This document shows, one piece after another, positions 12,898 through 24,098 of a DNA stretch of 64,000 nucleotides; position 1 is the first letter of the stretch, and every line of letters starts with the position of its first letter. The stretch spans positions 372,001 to 436,000 of the forward strand of contig MU006095.1 in the NCBI GenBank assembly GCA_010093705.1, given 5' to 3'. This DNA is from Patellaria atrata CBS 101060. Its lineage: Eukaryota. The position numbers were made by a program, and so were the translations under genes. The notes beneath the pieces were generated by a model. That model saw only the letters and a list, made by a program, of their open reading frames with translations. It ran no database searches and was not told the DNA's origin.

Positions 12898-14331
12898 ATG
12901 TCAAAAAATCTTAAGATTAGCATTATTGGCGCGGGTACGTATTCACCTTGAGCGACTAGGAAACACCTCTGACAGCAATAGGTATGGGAGGTTTAGCCTC
13001 TGCCCTTGCGTGTGCGAAGGCGGGCTTTGAAGACATCGAGATCTTCGAGGCAGCATCAGATCTGGGTTTCGTAGGCGCCGGTATTCAATTAGCGCCCAAT
13101 ATGGCGCGAATACTCGACAAATTGGGTGTGTGGGATCCGATTGCGGCCGACGCAGTCGTCTGTGAAGAGACGAGTATCAGACGTACGGAATATCCGACGC
13201 TTGCGCAAGAGGCAGACGACTGACTTTTCATCAGAGGGTTCGACAGACGATGAGTTAGGTCATGTCGATCTACATTATGTCAAGCCAACATACCAGTACG
13301 ACCATATGGTCGGCCATCGTGCCACACTCGCCGGCGGACTCTATGATGGCTGCAAGCGGGAGAAAGCTATCAAATTTACTTTCGGGACGACCATCACTGA
13401 TGTGCAGTTTTCCCCTCAACCGTCTTTCACCGCAACTCCTCGCAAGGGCGAACCATACACTGTAGAAACTGACGTTCTCCTCGCAGCTGACGGTATCAAG
13501 TCTATCGTTCGCGCCGCCATGCTTCGAGAACTCGGCGCTCAAGATGACGTCCAGGACACTGGTCAAGCAGCATACCGCATAATGCTCACACGAGAACAAA
13601 TGAAAGATGATCCGTACATGCTCGCCCTTCTCGACGCCAACAAAGTAACTCGCTGGGTCGGTCCCAAGCGTCACATCATCGCGTACCCCATCTCTTCCAA
13701 GCAGATTTATAACATTTCCACTGTCCAACCGGACGACAACTTCGCGGCTGCTCCATCAGCTACCTATACCACCAAAGGTTCTAAATCGGCCATGATGGAA
13801 GTGTTTGCCGATTTCGTTCCCAATGTCAAGAAGATGCTAGACATAGTCCCTGATGGCGAAGTCTGCGAGTGGAAACTCCGTGTCCATTCCCCTCTCCCTA
13901 CCTGGATACGCGGTCAAGTCGCCTTGGTCGGCGACGCGTGTCATCCCACCCTCCCACATCTCGCACAAGGCGCCGCACAGGCCATCGAGGACGCCGCAGT
14001 CCTGGGTGTTGTACTAGGCAAACTGATAATCCACAACCCCAACTCCACTCCCAACCCAGCAGAGATCAACCAGGCGCTCCGCGTCTACGAGAAGGTGCGT
14101 AAAGAGCGAGCGGAGACGCTCGTTGAGACGGCCGCAGCAGCTGGGAGGGCGATGCATTTGGGGGAAGGGAAGGAGAAGGAAGAGCGGGATAGGCAGTTTA
14201 AGGCGTTAAAGGATGGAAAGGGACCTGTGCCGGACAAGTGGGCGGATGCGGACGTGCAGAGGATTATTTACGGGTTTGACGCTGTTGCAGAAGCGGATAA
14301 AGCATTTGAAGAGTTGGTGTCGAAGTTGTGA
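12898..14331 (+). CDS. FAD-dependent monooxygenase (salicylate hydroxylase-like) with C-terminal SKL
   Basis: Exons 12898-12934, 12982-13182, 13235-14331. Rossmann IIGAGMGGL, VGAGIQLAPN, DVLLAADGIKS, LVGDACHPTLPHLAQGAAQAIEDA; ends VSKL*. Confidence 0.93.
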
Positions 14332-16087
14332 TTAGGGATCGGATGAGGCATATAGAAAGAGGTAGATAGCCAGAGTATGGTTAGGATTATGAGGTCATTC
14401 ATGTGGTAAGTAGGTCCCAACCTCACGAGGACATTGAAGGACTTCATCGTGAATAGAGTGTCACGGTACATAAATCCCCCGTGTCCATCCGTCCTAGTCA
14501 CATGATCGCATATGCTACGCCGTCTTCAAAACCAACGTTATCCAACGATTCGATCAATTTATTTTCTCCTATACCCGGCTGGTATTACTCGATCAATACC
14601 CGTTGCCGTATATTCAGTAGTCTATCGCAAAACCCAATAATGTGGAACTATCAATCTCTTTTATAGACTTTACTTTTTCTTTTCTGGGAGCTCGTGCTGT
14701 CCATCACTGTTTCAGTTTAGTTGGTCAAATACTGCAGTCTAATCTATACGTACAGTTCTCTCATTCTGCGACCCCGTATCATCTCGTACGTAGGGCTTTG
14801 TTGTGCTGTCCCGCGAATTCATTGGTTCCTCCGATTTTGGCAGCTCCGTCAATTGTACGGAGGGTATTACGTCGTGGTATATAGGATGGTCGTTGAGTAT
14901 AGGGCCTTGTTGATATGCCAGCTCTGTTTCGGGTTTCTCCATAATTGTAATACGTCTGGTAGTGAAGTACACCTATTCCGGGCACTTGCTTGGGGTTATC
15001 TGGGCGCCCTCTGGTTCATAAGTCTGTTCCGCTCATTCTGGCTATATTGAACGGTTTGGTTGTTTTGGAAAGCACATTCATCTTTTATATCGCATCAAGA
15101 TCTATTCTGGAAGATGGTCATATAATTATCTAGGGGGTGTCTAATGGAGTAAGTGCTCCGTCTCCGGTTTGGTCATAGCCGTGATACTGATGATAGGGAA
15201 TATGCCTATTCCCTGCGCTTTCACCGGGTAACGGTTTCGTTCTATATAACATGTATACGCAGGATCTCTCATCGGTGGGGCCAAGTCTGAAGATTATTCG
15301 AGCAACAGCAGCGTGGTGACGCTGAAGTTAGTCGAACGTTGTGCGGCGTGTAAGTTAAGGAAGCGCAAATGGTATAGAGAAGCTCCACGTACAACTTACG
15401 ATATCATAGACCCAGGGGAGCTATGGAGGCCACTGATTGGGCCTGGACGCGAGCATTCTGCTTCTATTGAGCGGTTCGTTTGATTTGGGCAGAGTGGACC
15501 GTACGTTTATTTTCCTATGGCGGATCGAGAGCCATCTTCAAGGAGAAGTACAACGATATAGGAACTGTCTGATGGCGTAAGTTTCCCGTGTAGGATATTA
15601 ACCTAGTAAAAGTTCTGGCGTGGGATTTGGGGAATTGACTTTCTGCATAGTACACGTGCGATAGGATTGGATTGTCAGCTTTGTATTCGAATATCACCAT
15701 TGTCACAGTTCCCATCGACCATTTCCTTGTACGAACGATTTCGATTACGCGAAGGGATTCGACTGGATCGTTCTTGTAGTGTATGGAGGCTCTTTACGAC
15801 GGTACAATTTCTCTGGTGATGCAGCTGCGGAAGATCCAGACACAATCCAGACACATTTGAACGAGAAACGTTAGTTCCGTTACTTATTTCATTCACCTGG
15901 TCTCGGCGTCACGCGTCCTTTGCGCCAAGATCATACAGCATATAAGGTATTCGCCTTCTGCAACTTGTTCTGAACTTATTCTTACTACTCAATTACCATA
16001 TTTCTGCTCCATCAAATCTCAAGAAATCGCACCACGCTTGTCAACATCTGTGTTACCGCCTCAATAGTATCAACAGGCTTTCTAAAA

Positions 16088-16990
16088 ATGGGCCCGAAAA
16101 AAGTGAGTCCTACCTACTACTTAGTGTTGCGACATCTTCATTTCAGTAAGCTAATGAACATTAATCTATCACAGCACCTTCATGCAACTTCACGGATCAA
16201 GATGAAGACGCGTAGAAAGACCTACTATGAGAAGATCGAGGGGGAATTTCCGTTTTTGAAACTTCCGGCGGAAATCCGAGTGATGATCTATGAAGAAGCT
16301 ATCGAGAGAAAAGAGAGACTCTATCAAACTGAGCGCTTGAGAGCGTACCTCGAAAGTTACCAATGTTCCCTAAAAACCGCCGCGAAGGAAACAACTCACT
16401 GCCCATCTCTATTACTCATCAATCGACAAACTAGTACCGAGTTCATGAAGGTTTTCGCACGAGTTACCCCGTTCACGTTCCTAGTCCTCCCCGCTGCGCT
16501 CTCCTTTTACGATTCCGGTCCCGACTTCAGGAAATACCTTCCGTCGGATTCGCTCTTCCCATTCCTGAGGAACGTTACCTTCGATCTGCAAGAAGTCTGG
16601 CACCGCGTAAAAATGGGTCGAATTAGAGCATGGAAGCAGTATTCCAGAGACGTCAAGTTCATGCTCGCTTCAATGTCGACGCTCGAGGTTCTCAAGCTTC
16701 AAATGGATCCGGGCTTCAAGGAAGAAGTGTTAGAACTCCTGTGGCACGACATCGCCGAAGAACGTCGAAACTGCCCTCGTCTCATGCAGATCGAATTCTT
16801 CTACCATCAGCGCAAATTCCAAATGCGAAAGGTGGAAACTGGAGTGGATACGTGGCTTCTGGACGTCTTCCATGGTCACTCGAGTGAAGATGATCACTTG
16901 GCTGACTATTGCCCTCTCAAGTTGATTTCACGCTGGTCTCGAATCGTCAGCGGCGCGGATTCGGCTTCCCTCTCTCTTCATGTAACATGA
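16088..16990 (+). CDS. Hypothetical protein with N-terminal F-box-like motif
   Basis: Probable exons 16088-16102 and 16175-16990 (72-nt GTGAGT..CTAAT..CAG intron). FPFLKLPAEIRVMIYEEA and PSLLLINRQTSTE are typical of fungal F-box-like/2EXR-type proteins. Confidence 0.75.
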   Translation: MGPKKVSPTYYLVLRHLHFSKLMNINLSQHLHATSRIKMKTRRKTYYEKIEGEFPFLKLPAEIRVMIYEEAIERKERLYQTERLRAYLESYQCSLKTAAKETTHCPSLLLINRQTSTEFMKVFARVTPFTFLVLPAALSFYDSGPDFRKYLPSDSLFPFLRNVTFDLQEVWHRVKMGRIRAWKQYSRDVKFMLASMSTLEVLKLQMDPGFKEEVLELLWHDIAEERRNCPRLMQIEFFYHQRKFQMRKVETGVDTWLLDVFHGHSSEDDHLADYCPLKLISRWSRIVSGADSASLSLHVT

Positions 16991-18133
16991 TGCCATGGTG
17001 GACGGACTTGATGCAAAACTGGGGCTCTGGATGGTGTGCGGGGAGGATGTAAACGACATTAAGATTTAACGAACCCGCTGAGGTGGCCTGAGGGAGGTGT
17101 AGGAAGTAACCGTGGATGATGCGGAGTAGAGGGATGGTACCTAGGTTTGGAAGGTGTTGGGTTTAGGGAGGTGCTGGCTGGGTGCGGAGTGTGCGGAAGG
17201 TACAAGGTTGGGAAACCGTTAGCCGTTAACCACGTTGACTGTAGCTCACGTTACTGAGAGGGAAAGGGCCGCTGTGTCGGGTTGGGAAGGTGCTGTGTTG
17301 GGAAGCTCTGGTCACGTGGAATGTTATACTCCCGTCTACTCTACCTTACTGTATAGAATATTATTAAGAGCGCGTAAGAGTGCGTCGAGTCATAAGAGTG
17401 CCATGAGTGCAAGAAGTCCAGAAAGTACAAACTGACTCAATCCGCCATACACGTTACCTTTGTACAGGTCAGACTGATCAGCATCAGTCGTGTATCTATG
17501 GTATATATGTATATATACAAATATCATCTGCTTCTTCTAAGCAAAAAAACCTGGCCGCACAAACCGTACTCCATAAGGGTTATGCGAATGAAAACAACCG
17601 CGACGAATAAGTTCAACTTTAACAGACGGTAAGGGTAAAAGTACAGTCGATTCGAAGGATGTCATGAGGTACACTTTGCAATTCATATTTGACTAGAAGA
17701 AAACTCCCCCTCTGAACTTAGTAGAAGTTTATTGAAAAAGTAGGCCTGTAACAAGAATCGCACGGTTATAATAAAACAAAGGAAGGAATGCAGAATGTTT
17801 ATTATACAGCAGATGTCACTGTTATTCCTACCTCTCGAGCATCACTAGAAGATTGAAACCAATGCCTTGAGAGAAACACCAGATACTGAAGCTAAAGTAC
17901 ATTTTCATGAGAAGAAAAGGATTAAGAGGCCGATAAGGTCCATTTGATACACAATCCCGAAAGTAAAATCTGCAGCCCACACGCCTATGATCAAGAGAGA
18001 AGCGCACCCAGGTTAAACAAGATGTGACATTCAAAGAAATTTTCCGGGCGCCCAAACTGCCCCCAGCTCCACGGGAAAGAGAAAGATGATTCTAGACGCA
18101 GGAAGCGCTGGTCGACCGGTGGAGAATATTTCT

Positions 18134-20150
18134 CTAATTCTCCCTTTGGCGCTTCGCACCATGCGGGTTCCAATTGTCGGCCCCTCCAGTTTGCTGTCCC
18201 TGACCGAAGAATCCAGGGTTGAAGTGCTGGTTACCGCCAAAGCCACCAGGACCTGTATCATAGTGTTAGTAACCCGCGAATTCAACTGCGTCTGACGATT
18301 TAAACAGAACGATAAGAAAAGTAGAACCAGTATATTGTACAGCGCGTAGATCCAGTCAATTTTGCTGTTACCTATGATTGGTCCATTACCGGGAGCTCCG
18401 TCACCTTCGGTACCGTGACCTGGGAGTGTTGGCGGTGTACTACTCCGTGGATTTGGGTGTTCACCCAGCATCGGACGTGGAGGCAACCAGCGTGGGGCCG
18501 GCTGGGGCGCCGCCCTACGTGGTTGGGGCCGTGGTGGGAGAGGGTGGACCATCCGCCGTTCTTGGCTTTGCGGAGGGAGTGATCCTGGGTCAGGTAGGCC
18601 TAATATTGCAGGTTAGGGATCTGCTGGAATGTCTACCAGTAGATGGACAACTACTATCAATGTTCCGACCAGTTCTCCGAGAAAGCTCTCAGATTGCTAT
18701 CCCCCCTGATGGGATTGAGCTGATAACTGGTATCCATGTTCGTAACCGAGTCTTGGCCCATATTGCGTCCAGTGCCTCTAAGGGTTCACTGATGGTGAGG
18801 CTAAAATTCGTCTTGGATCGCTCCATGGATATTGAATATAGGGAATAGGAAGGATTGAAGATTTGGGACTGGGAAAGGATGAAAGATTCGGGGGTAGAAA
18901 AAGATCAAAAGATTGGAGGTTAGGGCAGGATGCGGGATTTGTGGTTGGGAAATGCTGCTCAAGGATGATGAAGTTTAATACGTACCGGGCATTCCACCCA
19001 TTGCCATATTCATATTTCCTCCCATAGGCCCCATCGGCATGCCTCCCATACCCATATTCGGCATTCCTCCCATGCCCATTCCGCCCATACCTATACCCAT
19101 ACCGCCTCTTCCGCCTCTATTCGGTGGCATACCTCCGCGCATTCCACCCATCATACCACCACGGTTGAAATTATTGAAGTTGCTCATACCTCCCATGTTA
19201 CTGTTGAATCCGGGGGCTATAGGATTGAATCCAGGTCCGTTCATTCCCCCCATTGGAGGTTGGGAGAAGTTGCGATTGAAATTGTTCATGTTATTCATAC
19301 CGCCCCTGTTATTGTTAAAACCTCCACGTCCACCACGGAAACCGCCATTGTTGAAGTTGTTGTTCATATTGTTCATTCCACCTTGTCCACCGAAGGTAGT
19401 GGAAGATGATCTATTGTCTTGCCTATTTCCGTCTTTACGGCCTGGTACATCTTTGGGCAATGTCTTGTACGGATTGATATGTGGAGCGTGGAACTGCACG
19501 GTATACTTCTTTTGGTGTGGTTGACCTTGTCCAAAGGACTCAATTTGATGCTTGAGTGCCGTCGCCGCTTGGGGAGAGGCCATTTCGACAAATACTTGAC
19601 TGCAGGAAGATTAGAACTGAGATCAATGGCAAGTCATCATACATATTTACCCTTTGCTTTTACCATTGACCTTGTGCTCATTGAATGTGACATCAACGAG
19701 CTCATCTTCGCAACCACTCTGGTTTGCCCAGCCACGCATGTCATCCTCGTTCGTCCACCACTGTAGCTCACTAATTAAGAGAGCAGTAGTTGCGTTAGGA
19801 TCAACGGGTCTGTCATCAGACCCCTCCTTTCTCTTAGTACCTTGCTGTATAGGAGCCTGTTTGGGAGGCTGATATTGACCTTCAGTAGAACCACCTGTGC
19901 TAGCTATTTGAGAGGTACCATCAGTAGTGGTATTCTGGACACTTTCATAAGCAGAATCTTTATTGCCATGGTCAGTCTGGTCTTCTTTTTCCGAGTTGGT
20001 GATTTCTGTAGTGTTGTAGCTTCCTTCAGGTAAGGTCTCAGACGCGCCCGCTCCTTGTTTCATTTCTGCATCATTGGAATTCCCGTTGGTATAATCCTGT
20101 ACTGTATCATCTCCATAAATGTCAATGTCGAAATTATCTTCGTCAGTCAT
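18134..20150 (-). CDS. CPSF6: RRM protein, CFIm68/CPSF6-like pre-mRNA cleavage factor Im subunit
   Basis: Exons 20150-19651, 19599-18986, 18252-18134. N-terminal DIDIYGDD, RRM LLISELQWWTNEDD..VTFNEHKVNGKSKGQVFVE, RGG/M/N-rich region, last exon GPGGFGGNQHFNPGFF..WNPHGAKRQREN*. The last intron is 733 nt. Confidence 0.85.
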
Positions 20151-21006
20151 TGTGATCTACAATGATCAGATGCGTTCGTTTGTGAGGAATTGGTTCTTGA
20201 ATTGACTCGTAGATATTCTTGCGTCAAGCTAAAAGTGGAGGTACATGTCTGTTTGATGTGATGAAGTAAATCAGCGATCGGAAAATAGATAGAGAGCTAA
20301 AGCCGTTGAATGTTGAAGGTAGACGTGGCGGCTACCCGCGTCAACAGCGTGACCGAAATCAAGCTTCGCGTTATCTTGTGTAGAGAAACAAAAAAAACTC
20401 AAAATTGATTGCTTTGGTGATACGTACAGTTCCTTGCGAGGCTGATAACAAAAGCTCAGAGCTGAGAGCGTCAAAAACCGAGAGCCTTTATGGCGGACCC
20501 GGTTGACAAAGGTGAAACACTTGTTGAAATATGAATAATTTTGTGCGCAAGGAGATACAGTGAATGCTCCTCGTATTCCACTTCTGAAAACCCTGCCTTG
20601 ATTCTTAGATCCAACGCGAAGAGGAGCGGAATGAGGTCAAAGGGCCTCAGACAAGCTCTGCTCACACCTCAACCGCCTTCTATGGGCGGCACAGTTCCAC
20701 TTGGGAGATGATAGCTGTTTATGAACAGAGAGATGGAAGTATGTATGAAATGTAATGGACGAGTCCAGCCTTGACGTGATGAAGGTAGCAAGTAAAAGTG
20801 AGGCGTGGAGGAGTTGTTTGAGAGAGACATGATTAAAAAGGGCGATCGGTCATTGCGGCTCGGCGGCATCTTCCGTGACCCATCAAGAACTTTTAGGGAC
20901 CTCCTCGACCTACAATGTGGCCTTCTGATCAACATAAACCTCCCGTCTCGAACGATTTACGATTTCTACATCAAACATATCGCACGTTCCGAATTTCCAT
21001 ATCACC

Positions 21007-21372
21007 ATGTCTACAAAGAATCAGCTCCAAGAGATTGCCGACCTCCCGCGCGACTTTCTCAAAGATGGCACACAATTCTTGAACCGATGCACCAAGCCAG
21101 ACCAACGGGAGTAAGTTGCATTCTCCTATTACAACTCCTACTATACAATAAAACTACGCGGCTTCTTTGCTTCCTGTACTGATGGGCGCTTTACAGGTTC
21201 TGGAAAATTAGCCAGGCAGTCGGAATGGGTTTCCTTGTCATGGGTACTATCGGATATGTTGTAAAGCTAAGTATGTCATCCTCACTCCTCTAGTAGGTCT
21301 TCTTCGCGCATCTATTAACCATAACACTTAGTACATATTCCCGTGAACAATATTTTAGTGGGTGGGGCATAG
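21007..21372 (+). CDS. SSS1: Sec61 translocon gamma subunit
   Basis: Exons 21007-21110, 21197-21270, 21332-21372 give 72 aa: MSTKNQLQEIADLPRDFLKDGTQFLNRCTKPDQREFWKISQAVGMGFLVMGTIGYVVKLIHIPVNNILVGGA. Not in the ORF track. Confidence 0.97.
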
Positions 21373-21711
21373 CGAACTGTATAGAGAGGATAGCATTGAG
21401 GTACTTCACGGCGAGCGTAAGGCGATGATTAGACCATACTGGGCACTACGTCAAAATATTCGAGCGGAATCACATTTTGCAAAAGGGACTGTATTAGTAT
21501 TCAAATTCTCCTTACATCAACGAAGGTGGAATCAATAAATTGCTATAAATTTAACCTCAACCCTTCCCGAAGTCGACCTTTGAACTCCAAATAGCTCTTG
21601 CTGAGGAATGACCATCTGACCCCAAGACCTTTCTCGTGATTATACCAGATATCCCAACTCCCTACTAATGCATATCCAGATTGTAAGGTGCAGATGCTAT
21701 ACTGATCACCC

Positions 21712-24098
21712 TCAATCTTCGTCATCTTCATCACCCATCATTCGTCTTCGAAGCCGAGTCCTGGCAAAAAGACTTCTTCGTGCGTGTCGTCCATCCTCTA
21801 GTTGTGGATCTGCCTCGAGTTTTGCATTGACACGTCTACCCATCTTGGGTTCAGCTTCGTCATCTTCGTTACCATCGTTCCATGAGTGCACAGTGCAAGT
21901 GCCTAAAGATGTTCCCCAACCGTTCCAAGACGTCGCTATAGAAATTGGTTAATACTCTCCCGCTAATACATCGTCGAATTACTTACCAGCAATGATCGGC
22001 ACATCGGGATGCCAACTTGCATCCCTCACGCAAGTTTGCCAATCGTTACTATTGCGACCGATGAAATCATATGTCTCCGTCATCATATCCGGTTCACGTG
22101 GGCGAGAATTTCGAGTTGCTTTAAGGACATCCACCTTTCCGGCCAATGTGGCATCTAGGTTCCATACGTACACACTTCCATCATAACTACCGGAATAGAT
22201 ATACCGTGAATCAGTGCTACCGGGCGGGGAGAAGTGACACCGAATCAAGGTTTTGAGAACTTTATGACCACGGAAAGTTACGAGAGAACAATCGTGCGGG
22301 TGAGGTCTATAGTCATCTTCGTCATATGCTGACCCGCGGTATTCAAATCCAGTTGTGTATCGGTTCACGTCGATTTTATCGGCCTTGTCGGTGCTAATCA
22401 TTTTTCGGAGATCCCAAAGTTTGGCCGTCTGATCTTTACCATTGCTAAGAACGTATCTGCCATCGCCTTTACTGTCGACATATGTCAGGCCTTCGGTGTG
22501 GCCTAGAAATACTCCCGCTTCTCTTCCATCAGCCATACTCCGACGATCCCACACTTTTAGCGTGGTGTCGTCAGATCCAGAGTATAAGATATGAGGTGAG
22601 TTCTCATCACCAAAGCAGACAGCGTTCACGTCATCATTATGCCCGGGGATCCGTAGAATAGATTGGCGAGTCTCGATATCATAGACATATACTGATTGAT
22701 CTCCAGTTCCTGCGACAATCTCACGACCATCGCCTGAGAATCGGATTGACCAGATCTTGAATAGTACGTTAGTGACAGAACAGCGGTTATTGAACGGGAT
22801 ACATACACCAAAATAGCCTGATATATTAAAATCTCGTCCCCTAGTAGAAGTATTTGAGAAATCAAGTAGATACGGCTGAGAGTCATCCGCGGGGTCTGTA
22901 GACGCTAGACATACGATACTTCGGATGGAGCTGTATGCTAGAAACTTATTGTCTGGACTGAGGGAGGCGTCTGTAATAGTCCACTGTCCATATGGGTAAT
23001 CTACAACCTATTATCCGTTAGTCGAAGAAGACTACCACGTTATTCGCAAAATCATACCTTATAATATTTCCAGTCGTAAGGATTTGATGTGTCATACATT
23101 CGAACTCTGAAATCTTGTGCGCATGAGAAGAAAAAGTTGCCGTCTTTTGAGAATTGTCCAGAATAACATCTTGCGTTATAGTGAATAATAGTATCCGCAT
23201 TTGAGGACGGAATGAGACCCTAGAGACTATCATCAGAGCTTGTATCTAGCATAGACTCAAACTATATTACCTCCGATATCATTTTGTTACTCGCTTTCTG
23301 CCGTCCGGGGCTCCCATAGCCCAACTCTCGGTGCATTATCCGGTATGCTAACCGTTTCTTTCTTCGATATGTATCTTGGGGCCTTTCATCAGTTCCAAAC
23401 GTACCAGAGAACATGAGATCTCTTCCGATTTCACTCGGTACTTTCTGGAATGCAGCACGACCTCGTCCGCGCTTCCGCCGTGGCGCGACTCCCCCATATC
23501 CAGTATCTGGTTCACTGTCCAGGTCATCCGAGTCAGAATAATGACCTCTCCTCCGATATCCTCCTACCGTATGGTCAGCAAATATACTTCGAAGACCGGT
23601 ATGCCCAAGCAATTGCAATATTTGTCGTTGTGTTACTAGCTTCAAATCAATCATCCGAACGGAATATTGAGATTATGAGGTAGGCGTACTGTAAATGGGC
23701 CGTTGCCGTCTGCCAGTAATATTGTCCTCTCCTTCCCCATTCTCAGCTGTTACTGTGGTACTGTTACCGGTATCTTCAGCTTCTTCCCGCTCTTCTTCCG
23801 CGTCTGCGATTTCAAAGGCAATTTCGATACCTCCCAGATTCTCTTCGGCATCTGAATTCGAATTAAGAGGTCAATCAGCTACATTTTCATGAGAAAGACA
23901 TGATAAGGACAAGTTCTCTATACCATGAAACTCAGATTCATCTAAGTCATCATCAGGATCCTCCGGAGCTGGCTCGTAATCCATGTCGTCATCATCGTCC
24001 TCCTCGTCCCATTCAGCATCATCACGATTGTACTCTGCTATTTGGCGTCTGATTTCCTCCTCAAATGATTCTCTCTCATGTCCAGGTAGCAAACTCAT
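21712..24098 (-). CDS. WDR23: WD40-repeat protein DCAF11/WDR23 (LEC14B-like) CUL4-DDB1 substrate receptor
   Basis: Exons 24098-23924, 23851-23690, 23635-23271, 23219-23058, 23007-22807, 22755-21987, 21935-21712. Motifs CYSGQFSKDGNFFFSCAQDF, GQWTITDASLSPD, GHDDDVNAVCFGD, KVWDRRS, GHTEGLTYVDSKGDGRY, FRGHKVLKTLIRCHFSP, CVRDASWHP. Confidence 0.9.

Noticed and set aside
19039..19524. 161-aa Pro/Ile/Leu-rich + strand ORF
   Set aside because: Antisense shadow of the Gly/Met/Asn-rich CFIm68-like exon.
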